In this document: one piece after another, positions 35,023 through 44,284 of the stretch | Numbering within the stretch: position 1 is the first letter of the stretch | Layout: the number at the start of each line of letters is the position of its first letter | Source: an uncultured Bacilli bacterium | GTDB taxonomy: Bacteria > Bacillota_I > Bacilli_A > RF39 > UBA660 | Reading direction: 5' to 3' | NCBI GenBank assembly: GCA_934101865.1 | Contig: CAKOSA010000004.1 | Coordinates: 1-61,038, forward strand | DNA length: 61,038 bases | The notes under the pieces: generated by a model | What the model was told of the DNA's origin: nothing | Databases searched by the model: none | The model's input: the letters and a program-made list of their open reading frames with translations, nothing else | Translations under genes and position numbers: made by a program

Positions 35023-35632
35023 CATTATAAATAGTGGCTCTGACGGTAATGGAATGGTCGTAGAAGATACTATCTTAATTGATTGCGGTGTATCATTTAA
35101 GAATTTAGACAGCTATTACAAAAAGATTAAGTTAGTTCTTCTAACTCATATTCACGGAGACCACTTCAATAAATCTACAATAAAAAGACTTGCCTACGAA
35201 AGACCAACTCTAAGATTTGGATGTTGTAAGTGGCTTGTTAAAGATTTAGTAGATTGTGGAGTTAATAAGAGAAACATTGATGTCTACGAAACAGGCAAAA
35301 TTTACTCATACAGAGATTTTATAGTATTACCCATCGAATTATACCACGATGTACCACAATGCGGTTACAAGATAAAAATAAATAGGAAAAAAATGATATA
35401 TGCTACTGATACGAATAGAATAGACCATATCGTTGCTACGAATTACGATTATTACTTCATAGAGGGAAACTATGAAAACGAAGAAGAATTACACGAAAGA
35501 GCCATAAATAGTTTCTATGAGAAAAGAGTTAAAGCAACTCATTTAAGCAAAGTCAAGGCAACTGAGTGGTTAATGATAAATATGGGGGATAAATCTAAAT
35601 ACACATTTATGCACGAGCATAAAGAAAAATAG
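35012..35632 (+). CDS. Metallo-beta-lactamase-fold hydrolase (putative recombination nuclease partner)
   Basis: LLTHIHGDHF is an HxHxDH motif. Lies downstream of recT. Confidence 0.65.
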   Translation: MNYSIINSGSDGNGMVVEDTILIDCGVSFKNLDSYYKKIKLVLLTHIHGDHFNKSTIKRLAYERPTLRFGCCKWLVKDLVDCGVNKRNIDVYETGKIYSYRDFIVLPIELYHDVPQCGYKIKINRKKMIYATDTNRIDHIVATNYDYYFIEGNYENEEELHERAINSFYEKRVKATHLSKVKATEWLMINMGDKSKYTFMHEHKEK

Positions 35633-35647
35633 AAAGGAAGAACGTTT

Positions 35648-35779
35648 ATGAATATAGATACAAGTGAGTATTACGGAGGTACTTATCCGGATCCTCCCGA
35701 ATATGAGGAAGATGATAATACTTACGACGAATGGGATTTGGCTGATGATTTATATGAAATGGAAAGGATAGGAGAATAA
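35648..35779 (+). CDS. Unlisted 43-aa acidic peptide
   Basis: AAAGGAAG RBS. Stop overlaps the next ATG (TAATG). Below the ORF-track cutoff. Confidence 0.35.
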   Translation: MNIDTSEYYGGTYPDPPEYEEDDNTYDEWDLADDLYEMERIGE

Positions 35780-36321
35780 TGGATTTTAAAGTTGGAGACA
35801 AAATCAAAGGATTAAGGGATAATGGTTATGGAGTTACAAATGAAAATATGTTGGTAGGAGCAGTAACAGACGTTTTTGATAATGAAATGAGGATTAAAGT
35901 ATTAAACCATACCAATAAGGCTTATGAAAATAAACATTATCATGCAGATAACTCTAAGGAATATTTTGCATTAGTAAATGAAGCAAAAACTTTCTTTAAA
36001 AGATTACCAAGTGATTTTACTGGTACTCTTGAAATAGAAAATGGTTATATTGTCGAACATAAAGAAATATTGGACAAAGTCGAAAAAGAATACCTAGAAA
36101 ATTTTCTAAGACCATTTAAAGAAGATGTAAAAGAAATAACAAAAATAAAAAAGGCATTTAGTTTTCAAAATGAAATGTTACATATTGGTCTAAAAGACAT
36201 TGGAGCCTATGACATAATACTACCTGAATTTAAAAAAGGAACTATGTATAAGGGTATGGAATTATACGAAGCTTATACTTTACAAGACCTAGGCTTATTC
36301 AAGGAGGGAACAAATGAATAG
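35779..36321 (+). CDS. Hypothetical phage protein
   Basis: 180-aa ORF, translationally coupled to neighbours. No recognisable motif. Confidence 0.5.
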   Translation: MDFKVGDKIKGLRDNGYGVTNENMLVGAVTDVFDNEMRIKVLNHTNKAYENKHYHADNSKEYFALVNEAKTFFKRLPSDFTGTLEIENGYIVEHKEILDKVEKEYLENFLRPFKEDVKEITKIKKAFSFQNEMLHIGLKDIGAYDIILPEFKKGTMYKGMELYEAYTLQDLGLFKEGTNE

Positions 36322-36775
36322 AGCAACACTAATCGGTAGAATTACTAAGGATATAGAGTTAAGATACACATCTAATGATGTAGCATTTACATCTATACAG
36401 GTAGCTACAAGCAACGGTAAAGACAAAGAAGGTAATGATAGACCAGCAGACTTTGTAAATGTGCGTGTGTGGGGTAAAACGGCTGAGAACTTGGAGAAAT
36501 ACCAAGGTAAAGGTAGCAAGATACTAGTTGAGGGTCCAATAAAGAACGATAGTTACACGGCTGATGATGGAACAGTCAAATACGTTACTTATGTAAGAGC
36601 AACGAGAATAATGTTTTTGGATAGTGCAAGTAATAAAAATTCTAAAAATACTGCTGAAATGACTTATACTCATACTTCTACGAGTAATGATTTAAGTCCT
36701 GCTGATTTTGAACAAACGGAACAGAAACAATTGGATTTTATGGAAACGTTCGATCCAAACGATATACCTTTCTAA
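36314..36775 (+). CDS. ssb: Single-stranded DNA-binding protein
   Basis: MNRATLIGRITKDIELRYT OB-fold start, RVWGKTAENL, and an acidic C-terminal tip DPNDIPF. Confidence 0.9.
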   Translation: MNRATLIGRITKDIELRYTSNDVAFTSIQVATSNGKDKEGNDRPADFVNVRVWGKTAENLEKYQGKGSKILVEGPIKNDSYTADDGTVKYVTYVRATRIMFLDSASNKNSKNTAEMTYTHTSTSNDLSPADFEQTEQKQLDFMETFDPNDIPF

Positions 36776-36819
36776 CTAGTAAGGGGGTTAAGGTTGTTTA
36801 AGAAAGGGAGACAAATGAA

Positions 36820-37107
36820 ATGAAGAATTTAGTTAAGGGGTTTAGAAACACTCGTAATAAGATAAATAAATACTTTGAAAAGAAAGTTAGAAACATTAGG
36901 TATGAAACTAGATATAAAAATGCTTTAAAGAAGATAGAGGAATTAGAGCAGGAAATAAGAGAGGTAAAGAAAAAACTTGATAAGGATAAAAATCTTAAAG
37001 AAATCGAAAACCTAAGAGGACAAGTTATAAGACTTAAAAACGTTAATTCTAATCTAAGTAGAGACGTTAGAACTTTGGAAGAAAGGTTAAGGGTTGTAAA
37101 TGAATAA
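36820..37107 (+). CDS. Coiled-coil hypothetical protein
   Basis: 95 aa, charged heptad-like sequence. Confidence 0.45.
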   Translation: MKNLVKGFRNTRNKINKYFEKKVRNIRYETRYKNALKKIEELEQEIREVKKKLDKDKNLKEIENLRGQVIRLKNVNSNLSRDVRTLEERLRVVNE

Positions 37108-37249
37108 CAAAGAGGTTGCATTATTAACAATGCTTGCATTACTTGCTTGTATATTCTTTATCACAAGTGTAATATACATAATATTCGCAAGTGAACTTGT
37201 TGGTCAGATACCAACAGACAATGGAAAAATAATTATTGAAAAGGAATAA
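37100..37249 (+). CDS. Unlisted 49-aa single-TM protein
   Basis: ATG overlaps the upstream gene end. Translation MNNKEVALLTMLALLACIFFITSVIYIIFASELVGQIPTDNGKIIIEKE. Confidence 0.35.
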   Translation: MNNKEVALLTMLALLACIFFITSVIYIIFASELVGQIPTDNGKIIIEKE

Positions 37250-37265
37250 AAGGGAGGAATTAAAA

Positions 37266-38003
37266 ATGAAAGAATTAATTAAAATTGAAATGAATGATAA
37301 TCAAGAACCAATCGTTGGGGGAAGAGAGTTGCACGAGGCTTTGGGCATAGAAACTAGGTATAGTGACTGGTTTAAAAGAATGTGTGAGTACGGATTTGTT
37401 GAAAATCAAGACTATGTTTTGGTTACTCAAAAAAGAGTAACCAATAATCCAAGAAATCCTTATACAGAAGTAATTAATCACGCAATTAAACTTGATATGG
37501 CTAAGGAAATAGCAATGATACAGAGAAATGAAAAAGGCAAGGAAGTTAGACATTATTTTATTCAAGTAGAAAAAGAGTATAACAGTCCAGAAAGGATAAT
37601 GGCTAGGGCTCTTAGAGTGGCAAACGAAGAATTAAAGAAATTAACAGTTGATGTTAATAAACTACAACTAGAAATAAAAGAGCAAAAACCAAAGGTAATC
37701 TTTGCGGATGCCGTTGATACATCACGCACTAGTATCTTAATTGGTGACCTAGCGAAGCTAATTCAACAAAATGGTTACAGCATAGGTCAAAATAGATTAT
37801 TTGAATGGTTGAGAGATAATAATTACTTAATCAAGAGTGGTGAACGTAGAAATATGCCAACACAAAAATCTATGGAATTAGGATTATTTGAGGTAAAGGA
37901 AAGAAGTGTAATTAATCCTAATGGAAGTAATAGGCTTACAAGGACTACTAAGGTAACAGGTAAAGGACAGATATACTTCATTAATAAATTTATTACTGCT
38001 TAA
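37266..38003 (+). CDS. Phage antirepressor (AntA/ORF6N N-domain plus KilAC C-domain)
   Basis: AGGGAGG RBS. GGRELHEALGIETRYSDWFKRMCEYGFVENQDYV (AntA-like) and SILIGDLAKLIQQNGYSIGQNRLFEWLRDNNYL (KilAC-like). Confidence 0.7.
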   Translation: MKELIKIEMNDNQEPIVGGRELHEALGIETRYSDWFKRMCEYGFVENQDYVLVTQKRVTNNPRNPYTEVINHAIKLDMAKEIAMIQRNEKGKEVRHYFIQVEKEYNSPERIMARALRVANEELKKLTVDVNKLQLEIKEQKPKVIFADAVDTSRTSILIGDLAKLIQQNGYSIGQNRLFEWLRDNNYLIKSGERRNMPTQKSMELGLFEVKERSVINPNGSNRLTRTTKVTGKGQIYFINKFITA

Positions 38004-38374
38004 TGGGGAAAAATTTAAAACTGTATATTGATTATGATTTTCCAAATTGGAATGAATACATCAATTTAGAAAGAAAAAACAAGTACGCCGCTAACCGGTT
38101 AAAACAAAAAGAAAAGAAAATAGTTGAGTGTTATGCAGATAATCAAAGGTATGACGGCAAGTATCCTATTGAAATTTTATTTAAGGTGCATTTTAAGAAC
38201 CGTAGGAGAGATTTGGATAACACGAGAGTAAAGGGTTTATTAGATGGTTTAGTGGCGTGCAAGTTTATTGATAATGACAATCTTAATTGTATACAGAGAA
38301 TAGTCCTTAAACCTGTCTTTGATAGTAACAAGGGGATTGAGGTAGAGATAAAGGAGATAGAAAATGAAATTTGA
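38003..38374 (+). CDS. rusA: RusA-like Holliday junction resolvase
   Basis: About 120 aa. RRRDLDNTRVKGLLDGLVACKFIDNDN contains the D-x-DN...K...D motif pattern of RusA. Confidence 0.55.
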   Translation: MGKNLKLYIDYDFPNWNEYINLERKNKYAANRLKQKEKKIVECYADNQRYDGKYPIEILFKVHFKNRRRDLDNTRVKGLLDGLVACKFIDNDNLNCIQRIVLKPVFDSNKGIEVEIKEIENEI

Positions 38375-38723
38375 AATGAATAACAGAACTTGGGAGATTA
38401 AAGAACTATCCCAAGAGGAAATTAGAAAACATATTGTAGATTATAAATACGATGGACAACCACAAGAGGTTAGATATTGTGGGCAAACTTATTTCTGTGA
38501 GCAAACAATTTATCTTGATAAGGACTTACACCCAGAACAAAAAATGCAAACTTTAATACACGAATTAGCTCATTGTTATATTGGGAGTTTTATAACTTTT
38601 CAAGATGGAAAAAGATACATCGAAGAAGAAGTGGCGGATATAGTTAGTAATTCATATTTTGTCATTTTGGAAATTATTATTGGATATTCAATGGAAAAAG
38701 GAAGGGAGAAAGAAGATGAATAA
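38364..38723 (+). CDS. Small HExxH metallopeptidase-like protein
   Basis: LIHELAHCYIG is a zinc-binding HExxH motif in a 119-aa protein. Confidence 0.5.
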   Translation: MKFEMNNRTWEIKELSQEEIRKHIVDYKYDGQPQEVRYCGQTYFCEQTIYLDKDLHPEQKMQTLIHELAHCYIGSFITFQDGKRYIEEEVADIVSNSYFVILEIIIGYSMEKGREKEDE

Positions 38724-39039
38724 AAGATTTGGGAATGACGAAAACTTAAACAGAATATATGAATTGCTAGATAGTGCAAAATTTAGAAATTATATTTACG
38801 ATTTAGACGGAAAAGGAACTTACTGTGAATATATTGATGAGTACGAAGTTGCTATCGATGATAGAGATGATAGGATTAAAGAACTAGAACAACAAATTAA
38901 AAAGCAAAAAGAAATCATTGATAAGGCAATAAGTTATATAAGCAAATATTCAACAGATGAAAACGGAGATATTAGTATAAATTTATTTTCTTATAATTGT
39001 GTTGAATTATTAGATATATTAGGTAAGACATCAAAATGA
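38716..39039 (+). CDS. Hypothetical phage protein
   Basis: ATG at 38716 follows GGGAGAAAG. Coiled-coil centre. Confidence 0.45.
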   Translation: MNKRFGNDENLNRIYELLDSAKFRNYIYDLDGKGTYCEYIDEYEVAIDDRDDRIKELEQQIKKQKEIIDKAISYISKYSTDENGDISINLFSYNCVELLDILGKTSK

Positions 39040-39099
39040 AAGATATAGACAATGTAGTATTTACTGACGAAATACTAGAAAAATACAAGGGTGATAGTA

Positions 39100-39339
39100 A
39101 TGTTAAAGATTAAAGATAATGTAGATTTAAAAGAATTAGAAAAATATGGTTTCAAAAGAAAATATTATAATGGCACAAAAAATTTAGTTTTGGAATATGA
39201 ATTAAAAGACCATCCACACAAATATCAAGATATTATATTTGACATTCCTACAAGAAAATTAGAATTTTGTAATTGGGGTAGTGAAATTATGTTTGACTTA
39301 ATAAAAGCGGATTTAGTTGAGAAAGTTGAGAGCGATTAG
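39100..39339 (+). CDS. Hypothetical phage protein
   Basis: ATG follows GGGTGA. 79 aa. Confidence 0.4.
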   Translation: MLKIKDNVDLKELEKYGFKRKYYNGTKNLVLEYELKDHPHKYQDIIFDIPTRKLEFCNWGSEIMFDLIKADLVEKVESD

Positions 39340-39342
39340 TGA

Positions 39343-39534
39343 ATGTATGATAAATGTAGTGATTGTGAATACACAAATTATGATAATTTAGTTCAAGAAG
39401 TAGAAAATCAACAAAAAGAGTTTATAAATTATTTAGAAGAGGAAAGCAAAAAAGTATATCGAGATGGTGGATTAAGGCAAAATATTTATAAAGATATTTT
39501 AAAAAAGTACAAAAAAATAATAGGAGATGACTAA
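39343..39534 (+). CDS. Hypothetical phage protein
   Basis: 63-aa ORF in operon orientation. Confidence 0.4.
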   Translation: MYDKCSDCEYTNYDNLVQEVENQQKEFINYLEEESKKVYRDGGLRQNIYKDILKKYKKIIGDD

Positions 39535-39611
39535 ATGAAACACATAAATATTACAAATGCTGATATTGTTAAAAATATGAGAGAAAGAATTGATAGAATG
39601 GGGGGAAAGTA

Positions 39612-39836
39612 ATGCTTAAAATTGGAAATGTAATAATTGACGAGAAAGAAATAATGTATATAACTACAACAACATTTCGGGGTTTTAAACCGGAAATAAA
39701 TGTCGTTTTTAAAGATAAAGAAATGGACAAACTAAATATACCTTTTGAAACAAATGAAGAGAGAGATAATGAATTTGAAAAACTAGTAAAGAAATTGGTA
39801 GGAGGGAAATATGGAATTAATAGACTTATTAAATAA
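39612..39836 (+). CDS. Hypothetical phage protein
   Basis: GGGGGAAAG RBS. 74 aa. Confidence 0.45.
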   Translation: MLKIGNVIIDEKEIMYITTTTFRGFKPEINVVFKDKEMDKLNIPFETNEERDNEFEKLVKKLVGGKYGINRLIK

Positions 39837-40005
39837 AATAGTAAATAAAGAAGTGTTACCATTTAAGATAAAGTACAGTAATCATTTCTATGCTTTGTAT
39901 CCTGATGGTTATTTTGATATTGATGATGATAGTAGCATATACGATAGGATAGGTTGCTGTTCAGACTTAAATAAAAAAATAGAAATTATAGAGGAGAGAA
40001 AATAG
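39811..40005 (+). CDS. Hypothetical phage protein
   Basis: GGAGGGAAA RBS. Overlaps the upstream gene end. Confidence 0.4.
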   Translation: MELIDLLNKIVNKEVLPFKIKYSNHFYALYPDGYFDIDDDSSIYDRIGCCSDLNKKIEIIEERK

Positions 40006-40038
40006 AGTAATTAGTTAGAATAAAAGGAGGACAAATAA

Positions 40039-40425
40039 GTGGATGTAGTAGAACAAATTGAGAAAGTAGTAAAGGAATTGGACGAGTTAGATAAGTATAC
40101 ATCTTGTTTAAACCAACAACTAAGCATAGTTGACGGAAAAATTCAAGATATAGTGCATTACATCGAATATAATAAAATTAACGTGCTAACGTGCTATAAT
40201 CTTGTCAAAAAGATTAAAACTTTAAGAATAGAAAGAAGAAAAATAAAAGAGGATATGGAGTTGTCAAAAAGATATGACGAATTAAAGCATAAATTGGCAA
40301 CTAATATGAACAACAGAAAAAATATTTTAGGTGAGTTACGTGGAAAAAAGAAACAATTAAACACGGAGTACAAGCCTAGACAGTATAACAAGGAAGATAT
40401 AGAAAAAATTTTAAAAGGGGTGTAA
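40039..40425 (+). CDS. Coiled-coil hypothetical protein
   Basis: GTG start after AAAGGAGG. 128 aa. Confidence 0.45.
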   Translation: MDVVEQIEKVVKELDELDKYTSCLNQQLSIVDGKIQDIVHYIEYNKINVLTCYNLVKKIKTLRIERRKIKEDMELSKRYDELKHKLATNMNNRKNILGELRGKKKQLNTEYKPRQYNKEDIEKILKGV

Positions 40426-40426
40426 T

Positions 40427-40849
40427 ATGTACGAAGATTATCATTTACTATACAAAAAGCACAGGGATGCTGAGAGAAGATACAATGAAGCACTTGAAGA
40501 GAAGAGCAAACTTATATTAGCGGTAATGCCTAAGGCAACAGAGTACAAAGAGGTAATGTCACAAGGCGGACATTCCTCTCCTGATACTCATATATTGGAC
40601 TATACCGAGAAAATAGGCGGTGTAGATGCACTAATTAATCAGAGTAGGAATACTCGTGATATGCTGGCTTATGAACTTAAAAAGATGGAAAATGCGATGA
40701 GAGAAAGTGGGGACGTTTACGATAAGATTTACGTTTACAGGTGGATAGAGCATAAATCAGTGTATAAATTTTACAGAACATTAGGGTATAGTGTAAGGCA
40801 AGTGTACAGATATATGGATGAAATAAAGAAAAAATTATATCAAAGTTAA
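40427..40849 (+). CDS. Putative late-gene transcriptional activator (ArpU/RinA / sigma-70 region-4-like)
   Basis: 140 aa. The last gene before terS. The C-terminal VYKFYRTLGYSVRQVYRYMDEIKKKL looks like an HTH. Confidence 0.45.
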   Translation: MYEDYHLLYKKHRDAERRYNEALEEKSKLILAVMPKATEYKEVMSQGGHSSPDTHILDYTEKIGGVDALINQSRNTRDMLAYELKKMENAMRESGDVYDKIYVYRWIEHKSVYKFYRTLGYSVRQVYRYMDEIKKKLYQS

Positions 40850-40850
40850 A

Positions 40851-40884
40851 ATGGCACAAAATGGCACAAAACTAGGTTTATAAT
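40851..40884 (+). promoter_or_regulatory. Candidate activator-dependent late promoter
   Basis: Exact tandem ATGGCACAAA x2 (40851-40870) occupies the -35 region of a perfect TATAAT (40879-40884). Confidence 0.4.
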
Positions 40885-41039
40885 GGTATCGTGGGAATAG
40901 AGAAAAAACTCTATTTCCTTTTCTTCCTTTTAGGTCAGTCCCTTTTAACTACCCTTTGGGTAGTATTAAGAGTAATGCTACGTTACTTTTAATAGTGTCA
41001 AGAGGTTAGGAGGAAACAAAGCGAAGTAGGTGATATAAC

Positions 41040-41408
41040 GTGAAGAATAAAGGCGGTAGACCATTAAAATTCAAAAGTGTTGCTGACTTAGAGGCAAAAA
41101 TTAATGCTTATTTTGAGGACAAAGACACATTTCCTCACACGGTCTCTGGTCTTGCTTTTTGGCTCGGTTGTGATAGAAAAACTTTAATCAATTATGAAGA
41201 AAAAGAGAGGTTTTTCCCCACTATAAAAAAGGCCAAAACTAGAATAGAAGCAGAGATAGAGCAGAGAGCATTAACTGGTTATTATAATCCTACTTTCAGC
41301 ATATTTAATTTGAAGAATAATTTTGATTGGAAAGATAAGCAAGAAGATACTGCTATAAAGGGAAATATCAAAGTAGAGATAGTCGACGACTTACCCGAAG
41401 AAGAATGA
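41040..41408 (+). CDS. terS: Terminase small subunit
   Basis: GTG start after AGGTGA. The N-terminal KGGRPLKF....L...I..YF and VSGLAFWLGCDRKTLINYE HTH are typical of Firmicute phage TerS. Confidence 0.75.
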   Translation: MKNKGGRPLKFKSVADLEAKINAYFEDKDTFPHTVSGLAFWLGCDRKTLINYEEKERFFPTIKKAKTRIEAEIEQRALTGYYNPTFSIFNLKNNFDWKDKQEDTAIKGNIKVEIVDDLPEEE

Positions 41409-42766
41409 GACTAAAAGAAGCAATAGCACCTACTTTTTGGAAGACGTTTAAAAGCAAAAAGCCTAGACAAATAGATAAGGGAGGAAGAGGGTCGACTAAA
41501 ACTAGTAAAAACTCACTTAAAGTAGTTTATCATTGCATTAAAGAAGAAAAATGTAGTGCAGTAGTGCTAAGGAACCACCAAGTAGATTTACGTAAGTCTG
41601 TTTACAAGGAAATAAAGAGAGCCTTAAAAAGACTAGGGCTAGTTGAAAACGTACATTATCAGGCTTATTTAAGCCCTATGTATATTCACCTTTGGAATGG
41701 TAACAACATCTACTTTGCTGGTGCAGAAGACTACGAAACTCTCAAAGGTATGATAGACGAAAATACACCAATTAAAATTGTTTGGTTTGAGGAATTAACT
41801 GGTTTTAAAGATGAGGAACAAATAGAACAAATTATTGCTACCTTTTCAAGAGGTAACGATGACTGGTTCATTTCTCTTTATTCATTTAATCCACCTAAAA
41901 ACAAGTATCACTGGATAAATATTTGGTCTGACAAAATGTCTAAAAGAGATGATGTATTAATCACTAATTCAGATTACCGTACGGTACCTAAGGAATGGTT
42001 AGGGCAAATGTTTATCAATGAAGCCTTACGTATGGAAAAGTTCGATAATAAAAGGTACAAGTGGATTTATTTAGGTGAGGTTATAGGATTAGAGGGTATG
42101 ATATACAACCCTGAATTAATAGAATATGTTGATAAAAATTACATAGAAAGCAATAATCTTAAAATAGTTTATCTTGATTTCTCTGTTGACGGTGGACATC
42201 AGACATCAGCAACCACTTGCGGATGTTTCGGTTTTGCCAACGATGGATATTGGTATTTACTAGACCTCTATTATTATAGTCCTCACGAAAAGCCAAGAAA
42301 AAAGGCACCATCGGAATTATCAAAGGACATATTTACTTTTGAAATAGCAATGATTAAAAAGTGGAAAGCCCCCGAAGATAAGGAAACGATAGATAGTGCA
42401 GAGGGAGCATTAAGAAACCAACTCTATAAGGACTATGGAAAGAGATTTAATCCTGTTAATAAAGGTAAATCAAAAGAGGAATTAATAGATTACTCACAAA
42501 CCTTTCTCGCAAGGGGAAGATTTAGAGTACTGCTAAACGATAACAACAGGATATTTAGAAAAGAAAACGAAAATTATATGTGGAAAGAGGGAACGATAGA
42601 AAAAGGTAAACCTGAACCAGATAAAGCCGAAAAGGAATTTATTGGTGAGGAGCCTTATTTTAATAGTTGGTGCAATGATTTTTCCTACTATTATGCAGAC
42701 CATAGTCAGGACCTTTTCCAGTATTGGGTAAAGGATAATTTAGGCAAGCTTGGGATAAAGGAGTGA
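41405..42766 (+). CDS. terL: Terminase large subunit (PBSX-type)
   Basis: Walker A-like KGGRGSTKTS, Walker B VWFEEL, and C-terminal nuclease region. Overlaps terS. Confidence 0.85.
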   Translation: MRLKEAIAPTFWKTFKSKKPRQIDKGGRGSTKTSKNSLKVVYHCIKEEKCSAVVLRNHQVDLRKSVYKEIKRALKRLGLVENVHYQAYLSPMYIHLWNGNNIYFAGAEDYETLKGMIDENTPIKIVWFEELTGFKDEEQIEQIIATFSRGNDDWFISLYSFNPPKNKYHWINIWSDKMSKRDDVLITNSDYRTVPKEWLGQMFINEALRMEKFDNKRYKWIYLGEVIGLEGMIYNPELIEYVDKNYIESNNLKIVYLDFSVDGGHQTSATTCGCFGFANDGYWYLLDLYYYSPHEKPRKKAPSELSKDIFTFEIAMIKKWKAPEDKETIDSAEGALRNQLYKDYGKRFNPVNKGKSKEELIDYSQTFLARGRFRVLLNDNNRIFRKENENYMWKEGTIEKGKPEPDKAEKEFIGEEPYFNSWCNDFSYYYADHSQDLFQYWVKDNLGKLGIKE

Positions 42767-42770
42767 TAAC

Positions 42771-44267
42771 GTGAAATTATATAATAGTATTCAAGAAACG
42801 TTAAGTAAAAAAAATGTTAACCTTGTCGTTGGTAGCATTTATGATATGATGGGCATTTGGAAAAGTTGGTATCGTGGCAGTGTAAACGATTTTCATTACT
42901 ACAACATCAAAATGGCAAATGGTACTACAAAAACGTGCGAAAGACTAACTATGAATATGCCTAAAAAGGTATGTGAGGATATGACTAAACTCTTGTGGTC
43001 TGAAAAGGTACAAATTAAGTTAGATAGTAAGGAAAATACAGAGAAACTTTTAAAGGTACTAGAAAGTAAAGAAAATGCTTTACTGGTTAATTTACCTAAC
43101 TTTATCGAAAGGGTATTTGCCTTAGGCACAGGGGTAACTGTTGAATATAGAAAAGATAATAAAACGATAATTGACTACATCGATGGTGATGTAGTTATTC
43201 CATATAAATTTACTAATACGTACATCAATGGTTTAATTACTATAAGCAGATACACTAAGGGAAGTCAAGAAAGTAAAAGATATTATACACATATAACGTA
43301 TCACGAATATGAGAGTAATACTTATTCAAAACTTAATGAACTATATATGTCAGAGACTGGGGATGATTTAGGAGAGGAGATAAGTTTTAACAACGAATTT
43401 CCAAACGTTAAGGAATTTGAAGTATACGACAACGTAGACACTCCTCATTTCCAAGTATGGAGACCTCTAATATCAAATAACTTCGATACTAATAGTCCAA
43501 TGGGGTTATCAATACTTGCTAATCATATAGATAAGTTTAAGTCAATAGACACTAAATATGATAGTTTTAACAGAGATTTTAGAACTGGTAAGAAAAGAAT
43601 ACTAGTTGATAGAACGGCTTTAAAAGCCCAAGCAAAGGTTGATGATACAGGTAATATTAATTATGTTACATACTTTGATACAGAAGATGAGACTTATGTT
43701 GCAATTGGGGGAATGGATAATCAACCTGTAAAGGAAATAGATTTCTCATTAAGATATCAAGAACATATCTCATCTATTAATGCTGACTTGAATTATTTGT
43801 CTGCGGGGGTATCACTAGGGCAACATTTTTATAATTTTGATGGACAAGGTGTTAAAACGGCGACAGAAGTAGTTAGTGAGAACTCTGATACTTACAGAAC
43901 TAAGAAACATCACGAAATAATGGTTAATGACTGTCTATATGACTTAATAGCGTCTGTATGTTATTTAGAGGGTATTAACTACAAGGATATTACTATTGTA
44001 TTTGATGATAGCATAATTGAGGACGAGAACGCATTAATTGAAAGAGGAATAAAACTATATCAGGCTGGTACAATTTCTCTTGAAAAGTTTATGAGCAAGT
44101 ATCTTCACTATGAAGAAAGCGAAATAAAAGAGGAACTAGAAAAAATACAGAATGAAAAAAAGATAATACAACCAGAGGGGTTAGACTTTTTCGGAAGTGA
44201 TGAAAAGGATAAAGAAGGCAAAGAAGAAGCAGACAATAAAGAAGAAGATAATCAGCAATCAGAATAA
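42771..44267 (+). CDS. Portal protein (SPP1 gp6-like)
   Basis: 498 aa immediately after terL, with an acidic C-terminal tail. Confidence 0.7.
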   Translation: MKLYNSIQETLSKKNVNLVVGSIYDMMGIWKSWYRGSVNDFHYYNIKMANGTTKTCERLTMNMPKKVCEDMTKLLWSEKVQIKLDSKENTEKLLKVLESKENALLVNLPNFIERVFALGTGVTVEYRKDNKTIIDYIDGDVVIPYKFTNTYINGLITISRYTKGSQESKRYYTHITYHEYESNTYSKLNELYMSETGDDLGEEISFNNEFPNVKEFEVYDNVDTPHFQVWRPLISNNFDTNSPMGLSILANHIDKFKSIDTKYDSFNRDFRTGKKRILVDRTALKAQAKVDDTGNINYVTYFDTEDETYVAIGGMDNQPVKEIDFSLRYQEHISSINADLNYLSAGVSLGQHFYNFDGQGVKTATEVVSENSDTYRTKKHHEIMVNDCLYDLIASVCYLEGINYKDITIVFDDSIIEDENALIERGIKLYQAGTISLEKFMSKYLHYEESEIKEELEKIQNEKKIIQPEGLDFFGSDEKDKEGKEEADNKEEDNQQSE

Positions 44268-44284
44268 GATAGGAGTTGATATAA

